A model generated the notes under the pieces. The model was given only the letters and a program-made list of their open reading frames with translations. It was not told the DNA's origin and did no database searches. Source: a virus (lineage: Duplodnaviria > Heunggongvirae > Uroviricota > Caudoviricetes). Taken from it: DNA of 39,903 nt. Of the stretch, positions 27,665-36,848 are shown one piece after another. The stretch covers positions 1 through 39,903 of the IMG/VR virus record IMGVR_UViG_3300018486_000049. One strand, 5' to 3'. Each line of letters begins with the position of its first letter. Within the stretch, counting starts at the first letter, position 1. The position numbers and the translations under genes were made by a program.

Positions 27665-27886
27665 CTAGTTGAATACAACATTGCAATCAGTAAGTGCATC
27701 AACGGTAAGAGCAGCAAGGTTGATCATTACCTTTTCTCTTTTCTTGTCTTTCCGAAGGCGATGACGAGGGATGCGACCATCAGCCAGCATATCGTTGATT
27801 GTGTCGATAGAAAGACCAGTAAGTTCGCTATAACGCTCAATTGTGACGTGCGGCGTATTCAGAGTTATTGAAATGTTAGGGGTCAT
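27665..27886 (-). CDS. Apl/Cox-like excisionase and switch regulator
   Basis: 73 aa HTH protein from ATG 27886, first gene of the lytic operon, divergent from the repressor. Confidence 0.6.
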   Translation of the reverse strand: MTPNISITLNTPHVTIERYSELTGLSIDTINDMLADGRIPRHRLRKDKKREKVMINLAALTVDALTDCNVVFN

Positions 27887-27974
27887 GATGCAACATCTCC
27901 TATTGGCTTGTGGTGAGCCGGTATTAATCGTGACGAAAACTTCACAAAACGGAGAATAGGTTCGCATAAAGAAT

Positions 27975-28916
27975 ATGTCAACTAATAAAATCACATTTCG
28001 CCATATTGAAGATCATCTGAAAGCCATGGTCATGCAGAATCGAGGAGGGCAAAAAGTCATTGAGAGAATACTCATGGCCTATGGTTTCAAATCACGCCAA
28101 GCATTCTGTAACCACCTTGGTATTTCACAAAGTACAATGGCTAACAGATATGCACGCGATACCTTCCCTGCTGATTGGGTTGTTATATGTTCAATGGAAA
28201 CTGGCGCATCAATCGAATGGTTAGCATTTGGTTTAGATGCTGAAGAAGGAGTGCCAGTTCCTTCGCCAGAACGGCATGCTGAAAAACAGTCTGCAGATGA
28301 ATTTTGCAATGAAGTTCACACCCCCACGATAAAGTTCGATAATGAAAACCACATGGATTTCACTCGAGGGGGTAAAGCAGCAATAGAGCGAATTGTTAAG
28401 GCTTACGGTTACAAAACGCGCCAAGCCTTAGCCGATCACCTTGGCATCTCAAAAAGCACATTAGCTACACGATACATGCGAGACATTTTTCCGGCAGACT
28501 GGATCATCCAATGCTGTTTAGAAACAGGAGTGTCTCTCGAGTGGTTATCTTTTGGTAAGGGGCATTCCAATCAAACAAAGCTAAGTGGGTTGCTTACATT
28601 AGACTGCTATGATCTACGTGACGGCAAACTTACTGATCAAAGAGAATTAATCGTTTCGAGCGAAATTTTACCTCAAAATTTAAAACATCCCTATATAGTT
28701 AATTCCGCAAATGATTCATATATCATTAGCAAAGAGGAGTATCTTAGCGATGGTCTATGGTTAGTATCTATTAACGGAGAATTTACTTTTAGAGACATAT
28801 TTAAACTTCCAAACAATCGCATCCGCGTTGAAAACACAAAATATAGCTTTGAATGCGATAAAGAAGATTTGGAATTTAATAATAAAGTTAAAGGAATAAT
28901 TAGAAAAAGGGTTTAA
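27975..28916 (+). CDS. cI: CI-like immunity repressor with tandemly duplicated N-terminal DNA-binding domain
   Basis: 313 aa; residues about 23-85 and 122-184 are an internal repeat (about 60 percent identical, IERI..AYG.K.RQA...HLGIS.ST.A.RY.RD.FPADW...C.ETG.S.EWL.FG); C-terminal domain SDGLWLVSINGEF...; divergent from Apl/Cox. Confidence 0.8.
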   Translation: MSTNKITFRHIEDHLKAMVMQNRGGQKVIERILMAYGFKSRQAFCNHLGISQSTMANRYARDTFPADWVVICSMETGASIEWLAFGLDAEEGVPVPSPERHAEKQSADEFCNEVHTPTIKFDNENHMDFTRGGKAAIERIVKAYGYKTRQALADHLGISKSTLATRYMRDIFPADWIIQCCLETGVSLEWLSFGKGHSNQTKLSGLLTLDCYDLRDGKLTDQRELIVSSEILPQNLKHPYIVNSANDSYIISKEEYLSDGLWLVSINGEFTFRDIFKLPNNRIRVENTKYSFECDKEDLEFNNKVKGIIRKRV

Positions 28917-28918
28917 CA

Positions 28919-29968
28919 ATGAGCTTTACGAAAACTATTGAATTTGCAAACTATACCTTAAATTTTGGAGAGGACAAAGTTCTCTTAGATGCTTTTGATT
29001 GCATTGTTTTTCCTTCATTTTTCGCACAAAAATACGTTAGAAAATTTAAAGATACAGAATATTTCTTTACTGACACAAAAATTATTACGTTAGATACTAC
29101 AGATTCAGATTTTATTGGTCCTATAGTTCCAACAATTGCATTGTGTGGCCGCATTATAAAAAAGACCATATTTAAACGAGATCAAATATTTCAAGATGGT
29201 CAATTAATTCGAGATCACAGGACGCTAGAAAGTCACCCCAGCTCTATTTTTATTCTTATGCTTAATGAGCACAGATTAATGCTTTGCAAAGAGGTTTCTG
29301 GAGCCCCTACCCTAGAAGAATTTGAAAATACTAGCAAGTATTGCCTTGCACAGCGATATAATTCTTTTGTGGATTACGAAGTAAAAAAAAATAAAAGAAT
29401 TAGAAAGAAAAAATCATACATTGATCGACTGTATAAAAAAGATATTTATCGTAAACTAGGAGCCCCCAAATTACGGGTTACCCCCTTAACAGACCCAAGA
29501 TCATTGAGCAATTTTGTTGAACTCTTTTCTGTTGTTAATAGATTATCAATTGAGTTATTACCAACAAATAGTGAAAATATATCTCTTGATGGCTTCTGGA
29601 GGAAATTTGAACAAGAAAAAGAAGAACTTAATAGTAGTAAAGCTCAATTAGTATACACAAATAAAAATGAAGATGGTTTAAATTCTGATGCCGTCATTCA
29701 AAAAACAACAAGTGCAACCCGAATGGCCAACTCTAAAGTAATTATCAGTGGTAAAGATGAACACGGAGCAAGGCTATCAGGGAATAATGATAGTTTTACT
29801 CTAAAAGCATCAAGGCCACAACTTAGTTCTGATTTGGAAAGAGCTGCTCAAGAGGCGTATTCTGCATTCACAGAATTAAAGGATGAAGGAAATATTATTA
29901 TTCCAGAACGTGAAGATTATACTAAAATTTTTTCCAAGTTAACATCAATAATTTCTAGGTGGCTATAG
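28919..29968 (+). CDS. Cargo protein 1 of repressor-linked cassette, function unknown (349 aa, soluble)
   Basis: ATG 2 nt after the repressor stop; AT-rich; basic patch KKNKRIRKKKSYIDRLYKKDIYRK; no catalytic motif recognised. Confidence 0.7.
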   Translation: MSFTKTIEFANYTLNFGEDKVLLDAFDCIVFPSFFAQKYVRKFKDTEYFFTDTKIITLDTTDSDFIGPIVPTIALCGRIIKKTIFKRDQIFQDGQLIRDHRTLESHPSSIFILMLNEHRLMLCKEVSGAPTLEEFENTSKYCLAQRYNSFVDYEVKKNKRIRKKKSYIDRLYKKDIYRKLGAPKLRVTPLTDPRSLSNFVELFSVVNRLSIELLPTNSENISLDGFWRKFEQEKEELNSSKAQLVYTNKNEDGLNSDAVIQKTTSATRMANSKVIISGKDEHGARLSGNNDSFTLKASRPQLSSDLERAAQEAYSAFTELKDEGNIIIPEREDYTKIFSKLTSIISRWL

Positions 29969-29969
29969 T

Positions 29970-30575
29970 ATGAAATATACATTCAACCCAGAAGATCTGA
30001 CCAAAGAGCGATCTTTGCATGATGTTTACAAATTAACTAAAAAAATAAAGGTCAATTCATTTGACTTTTATTTCACATTATTGTTAGTGATATTATTATC
30101 TATTAATGCTTTTTGTCTATCTTCATCACCAGAGTTAATTTCATCTATTAGACAATGGACACCTTTAGTATTCGGATTCACTACAACAACATTAGGTTTT
30201 TTAATTACTGGATTTACAATATTTGCAACCATAAATAAACCTGAACTTTTCCTTTCATTAATGGAGTATAAGCATCCATTATACGGGATAAGTTACTTAA
30301 AATATGTTTATGGTGTATTTATGAGAGTATTTATATATTTCATATTTTGGTCTGTTATCTATCTTTTAGTCCTTCTTTTCGGGCAAGAAAATGGATTGGC
30401 TACAAAATTACTCAGAGCCTTAATGTTTTCTCATTGCACTAAAGTTGTTGGAGTTCAAATACTATATATACTCGTAGGAAGCAGTGCAGTGTTCCTTGTA
30501 TTAACTTTAAAAACTTTCCTGTTCAATATTTATGCTATGTTAATGCAATCTCTACGCTGGGAAGTAGAAAGATAA
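29970..30575 (+). CDS. Cargo protein 2, small multi-pass membrane protein (201 aa)
   Basis: ATG 1 nt after gene 1 stop with AGGTGG SD; about four hydrophobic helices; AT-rich. Confidence 0.7.
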   Translation: MKYTFNPEDLTKERSLHDVYKLTKKIKVNSFDFYFTLLLVILLSINAFCLSSSPELISSIRQWTPLVFGFTTTTLGFLITGFTIFATINKPELFLSLMEYKHPLYGISYLKYVYGVFMRVFIYFIFWSVIYLLVLLFGQENGLATKLLRALMFSHCTKVVGVQILYILVGSSAVFLVLTLKTFLFNIYAMLMQSLRWEVER

Positions 30576-30611
30576 AATTAACCTCAATGTATGAATCTTA
30601 ATTCATATACA

Positions 30612-30640
30612 TTGACACTGGTTATACATACAGTAAAAAT
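30612..30640 (+). promoter_or_regulatory. Candidate promoter for int downstream of the cargo cassette
   Basis: Perfect TTGACA -35, 17 bp spacer, weak AAAAAT -10, preceded by an AT-rich inverted repeat (30587-30612). Confidence 0.3.
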
Positions 30641-30664
30641 GCTCTCCACTGGAGGGCATTTTTT

Positions 30665-31717
30665 ATGGCAGTACGAAAACTCACCACAGGAAAATGGCTA
30701 TGCGAATGTTACCCCGCGGGACGTAGTGGACGTCGTGTGCGTAAACAATTCGCCACCAAAGGTGAAGCTCTGGCTTTTGAGCGTCACACGATGGAAGAAA
30801 CCGAAGCAAAGCCCTGGCTGGGTGAATCAGTGGATCGTCGAACACTGAAAGACGTGGTTGAGCTATGGTTCAAACTACATGGTAAATCTCTGACAGCTGG
30901 GCAGCATGTCTATGACAAATTGCTGTTGATAGTTGACGCTCTGGGCAATCCCCTTGCAACCGATCTCACCTCTAAAATGTTTGCCCACTATCGAGATAAA
31001 CGCCTGACAGGAGAGATCTACTTCAGCGAAAAATGGAAGAAAGGAGCAAGCCCGGTCACCATTAACCTGGAGCAAAGCTATCTTAGTAGTGTTTTTAGCG
31101 AACTATCCCGCCTGGGCGAATGGTCGTATCCGAACCCACTGGAGAACATGCGAAAATTCACCATCGCAGAAAAAGAGATGGCATGGCTTACCCATGAGCA
31201 GATTGTTGAATTACTGGCTGATTGCAAACGTCAGGACCCAATTCTGGCACTGGTAGTTAAGATATGCTTAAGCACAGGCGCACGCTGGCGAGAAGCCGTA
31301 AATCTTACTCGTTCACAGGTGACCAAATACCGAATTACCTTTGTAAGAACGAAGGGGAAGAAAAACAGAAGCATCCCTATCAGTAAAGAGCTTTACGAAG
31401 AGATCATGGCGCTTGATGGGTTCAATTTCTTCACAGACTGCTATTTTCAATTTTTATCCGTGATGGAAAAAACGTCTATCGTGCTCCCTCGCGGTCAACT
31501 CACACACGTTCTGCGCCATACGTTTGCAGCGCACTTCATGATGTCGGGTGGAAACATCTTGGCCTTACAAAAAATTCTCGGACATCACGATATAAAAATG
31601 ACGATGCGTTACGCACATCTGGCACCGGATCATCTGGAAACGGCGCTCCGTTTCAATCCTCTGGCAACGCTGCCAAGTGGCGACAAAGTGGCGGCAGCGG
31701 TTGGCATTACCCCGTAA
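30665..31717 (+). CDS. int: Tyrosine integrase (P2/186 Int family)
   Basis: 350 aa with C-terminal catalytic signature LRHTFAAH...GHHDIKMTMRYAHL. Confidence 0.9.
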   Translation: MAVRKLTTGKWLCECYPAGRSGRRVRKQFATKGEALAFERHTMEETEAKPWLGESVDRRTLKDVVELWFKLHGKSLTAGQHVYDKLLLIVDALGNPLATDLTSKMFAHYRDKRLTGEIYFSEKWKKGASPVTINLEQSYLSSVFSELSRLGEWSYPNPLENMRKFTIAEKEMAWLTHEQIVELLADCKRQDPILALVVKICLSTGARWREAVNLTRSQVTKYRITFVRTKGKKNRSIPISKELYEEIMALDGFNFFTDCYFQFLSVMEKTSIVLPRGQLTHVLRHTFAAHFMMSGGNILALQKILGHHDIKMTMRYAHLAPDHLETALRFNPLATLPSGDKVAAAVGITP

Positions 31718-31880
31718 TAACCACCACTGACCACCAACCCAACTTATTGTTTTTACTCTAACTTATTGTTTTCATTAACCCGTTTACATAAATGGGTTTT
31801 TTGTTGCCTGAAATTTATGCCGTTTAAAATCATGATGTTAGAAGCACTGTTTTTTAACGATGGCGACAAATTGGCGGCAG
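31678..31880. repeat. att-like junction flanked by an imperfect 20 bp direct repeat
   Basis: TGGCGACAAAGTGGCGGCAG (31678-31697, inside the int 3-prime end) and TGGCGACAAATTGGCGGCAG (31861-31880, next to the ogr stop) flank an AT-rich 160 bp segment. Confidence 0.45.
31741..31772. repeat. Tandem 13 bp direct repeats in the att region (possible Int arm-type sites)
   Basis: AACTTATTGTTTT at 31741-31753 and 31760-31772; followed by a weak hairpin plus T-run (31777-31802). Confidence 0.4.
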
Positions 31881-31882
31881 AG

Positions 31883-32101
31883 TCAAAGAGAGAGCACCAC
31901 CTGTCCTGATTTCATTGGATGCGGCTGAACCGGATTTGACTCTTTTGGCGTTGCAATCGAACGAACAAAAGTTTCATGGGTAACAAAAGTATGGCTGCAG
32001 TTAATGTTCTGGCACTGGTTGTAACGCTCTTTGGTCAATGAAGATACCTGAAAACTGCTGCGAGTATGGGCGGCACTTCCACACAGTGGGCAAATCATCA
32101 T
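31883..32101 (-). CDS. ogr: Late gene activator Ogr/Delta-family zinc-finger protein
   Basis: 72 aa from MMICPLCGSAAH... with CPLC...CQNINCSH zinc-binding pattern matching Ogr as recalled. Confidence 0.85.
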   Translation of the reverse strand: MMICPLCGSAAHTRSSFQVSSLTKERYNQCQNINCSHTFVTHETFVRSIATPKESNPVQPHPMKSGQVVLSL

Positions 32102-32191
32102 TTTTCGAGTTCTCCCCATTTTTGCTAAATTCACAATAATGATACCGCATTATTCCATTTTGAAAACTTAAAAGTTCTCTATTACGAAGAA

Positions 32192-33292
32192 TCATTCCAT
32201 TTCGAAATCATTAATCTTCACTTCAAGCTCCAGACTGGTCGTAAAACCGTTATCCGGATTGACAGTATGCGTCAGGGTGGTAATAGTCCATTCCGCATCA
32301 TCTATCGGCTGTTTAAAGCCTCTGACTTTCACTGGCATTTCCGTGTAGAGATCCGCCCGACCTTCTGCCAGTTGTAGCGAGAATGACGCAACGCCACGTT
32401 GCAGGCGTTCCCACTGCATTTTCGCCGCCCGTTCGGCGTTGCTCCGGTTGGCATAGGTGCGATTAAGTACCAGCACGTTTTCATCTGTACCCACCAGGTA
32501 ATCGCCCTGCTTCGCTTCCGGCTCTTTCTTCTGCTTCTTAGTCCTGCGCTTACGCTTCACCGTGGTGCTTTCTTTCTTCGCGGGTTCGCGGGTATGCAAC
32601 CAGCTGGCAATTACGCCCGTGTAGGCTCCGCGATCTGCCAGGGTAAAGCGGTGACTGTCGCCGTCCTTACGTGTGATAGTGATAACCGGTAGTGGTTTAC
32701 CGCTGGCGCTTTTACCCTGTCCCTGCCGGATGAATAACAGATTGCCATTTTTCACCGACGCAATAGCACCGTACTGGCGCGCCAGCCGCATCAGAAAACT
32801 GCCGTCACTCTCATTGGTCTGGTCTATATGCTCCACAGGTTTATCCGACAGGTCTTCACCCAATGCCATCTTCAGTTTGTGCCGCGCAGCTATTTCCTTC
32901 ACCACTTCCCCAACGGTGGTCTTGTGCCACGATTTTTCACGGCGGGTATTCAGGGTTTCACGAAAATCAGCACTTCGCGCCCGGATAGTCAGGCGGTCCG
33001 GTGCGCCAGTGTGTTCAATCTCGTCCACCGTGAATGCTCCTTTCGGGAAAAGCGACTGCCCCTTCCAGCCCAACGCCAGCGTAATGACCGCACCACGGCG
33101 CGGCAGCACGATTTTTCCGTCGGCGTCGTCCAGCTCCAGATCAAGCTGGTCCGCTTCAAAGCCCCGATTGTCCGTCAGCGTCAGACTCATCAGGCGGTTA
33201 TCCAGCACAGTGGTGATATCCTTACCCTCAATACTGATGCTGAATGCCGGAGTTTTGTTGCCTTTGCTAAGCAGTTCAGAGCTGAAATTCAC
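32192..33292 (-). CDS. D: Tail protein D (gpD), second diverged copy
   Basis: 366 aa, start overlaps the U stop, precedes ogr as in P2. Confidence 0.85.
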   Translation of the reverse strand: MNFSSELLSKGNKTPAFSISIEGKDITTVLDNRLMSLTLTDNRGFEADQLDLELDDADGKIVLPRRGAVITLALGWKGQSLFPKGAFTVDEIEHTGAPDRLTIRARSADFRETLNTRREKSWHKTTVGEVVKEIAARHKLKMALGEDLSDKPVEHIDQTNESDGSFLMRLARQYGAIASVKNGNLLFIRQGQGKSASGKPLPVITITRKDGDSHRFTLADRGAYTGVIASWLHTREPAKKESTTVKRKRRTKKQKKEPEAKQGDYLVGTDENVLVLNRTYANRSNAERAAKMQWERLQRGVASFSLQLAEGRADLYTEMPVKVRGFKQPIDDAEWTITTLTHTVNPDNGFTTSLELEVKINDFEME

Positions 33293-33774
33293 GACAGCAG
33301 CCCTCCCACCGTTTTACTGATATCGCTTAAGGCAGACGTTGTCGTATCCTGCAAATTATTCAGCTGCGCACTGAGATCACCGAACATATCGGACAGGGAT
33401 TCATCCACCCGTTTGAGCGACAGGGTGAACTCAATCCGGCGCGGCATACCATCGCGGAAAAACTCCGTTTTAGTCTGATTCAGTCCCTCAATCACATACA
33501 TGCCGTAAATCGTGCCGCTGCCTTCAATCAGGGGCCATGCTTTCCCCTGTTCTGCCATCTGCTCCAGTGCCAGCAACGACAGCCTGCCGCCTGTTATTTC
33601 CGGCATAAGAACACCGGAAAGCGTCAGCATGTCGTTTTCCGGTCCCAGAAACTGCGTAGACGGACGTCGGTTTACCCGACTGTTTGCCGCATGTCGCCAG
33701 CTGCGTTGATACTGCAGTTCCTGATACGGAACGGTGCGCAGCATAAACACGTACAATCCCAGCACCATCATCAT
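33289..33774 (-). CDS. U: Tail protein U (gpU), second copy
   Basis: 161 aa, homologous but clearly not identical to 425-889. Confidence 0.85.
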   Translation of the reverse strand: MMMVLGLYVFMLRTVPYQELQYQRSWRHAANSRVNRRPSTQFLGPENDMLTLSGVLMPEITGGRLSLLALEQMAEQGKAWPLIEGSGTIYGMYVIEGLNQTKTEFFRDGMPRRIEFTLSLKRVDESLSDMFGDLSAQLNNLQDTTTSALSDISKTVGGLLS

Positions 33775-36700
33775 GCGTCGTATCCCCCCTGATCGCTGTA
33801 GTTACTCCTGGCTTTTGCCTTCAGCCTGCGTTCACGTTCATCAAGCTGGCGTGCCACCTCCCGCGCAATATCCTGCGCACTTTGTCCTGGCTGCGTCTGA
33901 ATGATGATCTGCGTCGGTGCCTCAATCCGTTGAACGAGCGGCACAGTGGCTGCGCGACTCACAATTGCTTCTCCACCTTTCGCGGGAAGTGCCAAAGGGT
34001 GCAACGGTGGAAGCTCTGCTGGCGCGGCAGCAACGCCCATCATTCCGGCAACAACGGCAGCCAGTGCAGCTGTATTTCTCCGGCTGGTCACATTTGCCGG
34101 GCCGTTAACAATTTCCGGCCCGTTTTCACCGACGATGCCAAACTGCCCGCGCGGGATATACCCGCCGCTGTCATACATCCCCGCAAAGCCATATCCCCAT
34201 GATGGAAAACCACCCGATGGCATCATCACTTTACCGTCTGCATTCACCGTCGCAGGTTGCTGACGCGTCACGCTTTCCGGCAGTTTTGCCTTTGCGGCCT
34301 CTTTACTGACAATGCCGAGCTTCTCCAGCAACCAGGAAACGCCGGATTTCAGGGAGTCCAGCGGATGCATGACCATATTCAGCCCTTCCGCCAGTGCCTC
34401 CCCGAATCGCCGCCCCATTGCCGCTGCGCTCTGCAGTTCGGCAGAGGTCGACTTAACGGGCGTCAGCAGATCAGTAAACCAGCCCCACAGCGCCTGCACT
34501 TTGTCGCCAATCCACTGGAACACGGGCTTAAGCGGTTCGAACGCTGCACTGATGGGACCTGCCGCCGCTTTGAATCCTTCCACCACGCCACCGAGAAATG
34601 CGGTGATGGGTTGCCAGTATTTCCAGACAACCAGCGCCACGCCCGCCAGTGCAGTAACCACAAGACCTATCGGACTGAGCAGAGCACCTAACAGACCAGA
34701 TATGGCATACAGGGCAACGCGCAGCATCGCCAGTGGACCAGATGCCAGTACTCGCAGCACCGTGCCTGCGGCGGCCAGTCCACCGCGCAGTACCGCCAGA
34801 GGATTCATAAACATCACAGCAACAGCACGTAAACCGGATAATCCAGACCGCAAAAGTGCAACCGGCGCACCTGCTACAGTTTTCAGGACATTTCCCGTCA
34901 GTGATGCCGTGCGGCGCAAAGACGACAACGGCGCAGTAAGTAAACCTGCGGCGTTGCCCGATGAAGCAAGCCCGCGTCGCAGCAGTGCCAGTGGTGCGCC
35001 AGCCAGCCAGGACAACGCGCTGCTGGTTCGAGTTACTGCTGCCGTAACGGAAGATAACGTTTTGATACCCAACACAGAGAATCCCAGACGGATCACTGCC
35101 AGCGGCCCCAGCACTGCAGCCAGCGCCACCGCTAAGGTGCCGAGGCCGACGGTAACCGCAGCCACAACAGCCGATGCTTTCATCAGTGTGCCTGTCAGTT
35201 CCGGGTTAGCTTCCACCCAGCGACGCAACGCCCCCGTGACGCTTTTCACCGTGTACAGAATATCCATCAGCGGCTGGCGCAGCGTTTCGCCCAGGCTGCT
35301 GAAGGTGTTCTGCGCTCCGGTTTTGACCAGCAACCACTGCGCAGAAAGTGAATCCTTGTTAATGTCGGATTCTTTCTGCATGGAGCCGAGCGCATCATTG
35401 CCCGCTGTCAGTTTTAACTGACGCTGCAGTTCCGGCAGGTTGTTTGCCAGTTTCGCCGCGTCATCGCCAAACTCTTTACCAAACAACATAGTCATGGCAG
35501 ACAGGCGCTTGTCCTGCGGCAGCGCGTTTACCTTCTCCAGCACGCGCTGGATGGTTCCCATCGCATCCTTCGTCATCTGCTTTTCAATCACTTCAGGATT
35601 GAGTTTCAGCAGATTCATCCCTTCAAAGAAACTCTTGCTTTGCATGGTGGCAATGGACAATTCACGCACCATCGCGTTTGCTGCACTGGCTGCAACCTCT
35701 GGCGCAGCGCCCAGTGTCAGGAAGGTGGAACCCAGCGCCGCCGCTTTACGATAATCCAGACGGTCAGCCACACCGCCCAGACGTTGCATCACATCAATGA
35801 TGTCTGCCCCTTTCGACATGGCGTTATCATCCAGATAGTTCAGCGCATCACCGAGCTGTTCAATATTGCGGGTGGGGATTTTGTAGAGCTGGGCGATTTT
35901 CCCCAGACTTTCTGACAGTTCATCCGCTGGCAGCTCAAAGGCTGTTGCCGCCTTTGCTGCCGTACTGGCGAAGGCCAGCAGGTCACGTTTCTGATCTTCC
36001 CAGCTGTCGTCAGGGTTTGCGACGTTCATGCGCGCACCACCTTCAACCAGTGCAGCGAAGTCCACCGCACCGTTTTCCATCGGCAACTGTTCGCTGGCAG
36101 CCTTGATGGCATCCTGCATTTCATAAAAACGTGCAGTGCGGTTGCCATTATCGTCACGCAAACCATTGACCTGCTTTGCCACACCTTTCATGGCATCTTC
36201 CATGCTGGTATAGCTTTTTACTGCCGCCATCACTGGCGCACCCATTGCCAGCCCTGCAGCCGTGGTGGTGGCTCCGGCACCTGCAATACGATCACGCACC
36301 TCCAGCGAACGGGCATAACTGGCACGCGCTGCATTCATCCTGCGCTGAGCTTCCCCCAGTCGCTTCAGCCGCGCCTCCTGTTTCGAAAGTTCCTGGTTAT
36401 AACGTGATGTTTCACGGGCTAAACGGGCAGTTGCTCCCGCATCGTCTTTCGCAGAAATTCCCGCCCGGTACAGTTCAGCACGCACAAGCGCCGTCTGCTG
36501 CTGCAGCTTTTTCTGGCGTTCTTCCAGGCGCTGAACAGCCAGCCGTTGACGGCCCAGAGCAACAACCTGACGTTGCGAAGGCGGCCCCATCGCTCCCAGT
36601 TCCTGACTGAGCAAATTTGCACGCTGGCGGGCATAGTTCAGCCTGTCGCCTAATTTCTGATTTTCTGCCTGCAGCTTTCGGAAGCTGTCCAGACTGCTCC

Positions 36701-36848
36701 CGGCCTGATCAAGCTGCTTTATTGCATCGCGGGATTTTTTGACAGCAGCAGCCAGTTCTCTTGAACTGGCCTGCGCAGATCGAAATGGGCGGGTGAGCTT
36801 GTCAACCGCATTAAGAATGACCTGCAGACGCAGGTTGTTATCACTCAT
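33771..36848 (-). CDS. T: Tail tape measure protein (gpT), second copy, 1025 aa
   Basis: Coiled-coil N-terminus, hydrophobic repeats, 216 aa longer than the first copy. Confidence 0.9.
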   Translation of the reverse strand: MSDNNLRLQVILNAVDKLTRPFRSAQASSRELAAAVKKSRDAIKQLDQAGSSLDSFRKLQAENQKLGDRLNYARQRANLLSQELGAMGPPSQRQVVALGRQRLAVQRLEERQKKLQQQTALVRAELYRAGISAKDDAGATARLARETSRYNQELSKQEARLKRLGEAQRRMNAARASYARSLEVRDRIAGAGATTTAAGLAMGAPVMAAVKSYTSMEDAMKGVAKQVNGLRDDNGNRTARFYEMQDAIKAASEQLPMENGAVDFAALVEGGARMNVANPDDSWEDQKRDLLAFASTAAKAATAFELPADELSESLGKIAQLYKIPTRNIEQLGDALNYLDDNAMSKGADIIDVMQRLGGVADRLDYRKAAALGSTFLTLGAAPEVAASAANAMVRELSIATMQSKSFFEGMNLLKLNPEVIEKQMTKDAMGTIQRVLEKVNALPQDKRLSAMTMLFGKEFGDDAAKLANNLPELQRQLKLTAGNDALGSMQKESDINKDSLSAQWLLVKTGAQNTFSSLGETLRQPLMDILYTVKSVTGALRRWVEANPELTGTLMKASAVVAAVTVGLGTLAVALAAVLGPLAVIRLGFSVLGIKTLSSVTAAVTRTSSALSWLAGAPLALLRRGLASSGNAAGLLTAPLSSLRRTASLTGNVLKTVAGAPVALLRSGLSGLRAVAVMFMNPLAVLRGGLAAAGTVLRVLASGPLAMLRVALYAISGLLGALLSPIGLVVTALAGVALVVWKYWQPITAFLGGVVEGFKAAAGPISAAFEPLKPVFQWIGDKVQALWGWFTDLLTPVKSTSAELQSAAAMGRRFGEALAEGLNMVMHPLDSLKSGVSWLLEKLGIVSKEAAKAKLPESVTRQQPATVNADGKVMMPSGGFPSWGYGFAGMYDSGGYIPRGQFGIVGENGPEIVNGPANVTSRRNTAALAAVVAGMMGVAAAPAELPPLHPLALPAKGGEAIVSRAATVPLVQRIEAPTQIIIQTQPGQSAQDIAREVARQLDERERRLKAKARSNYSDQGGYDA

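Noticed and set aside
27123-27686. Assignment of this gene as P2 replication gene B
   Set aside because: Position directly after Apl/Cox, 169 aa length from the internal ATG and an HTH-like segment fit a 186-type CII better; kept as CII-like at moderate confidence.
30591-30848. 85 aa plus-strand ORF
   Set aside because: Overlaps the integrase start in another frame and spans the int promoter region.
32001-32195. 64 aa minus-strand ORF
   Set aside because: Overlaps ogr out of frame; ogr has the recognisable zinc-finger protein.
34312-35421. 369 aa plus-strand ORF
   Set aside because: Antisense to the second tape measure gene; Ser/Ala/Pro/Arg-rich low-complexity translation.
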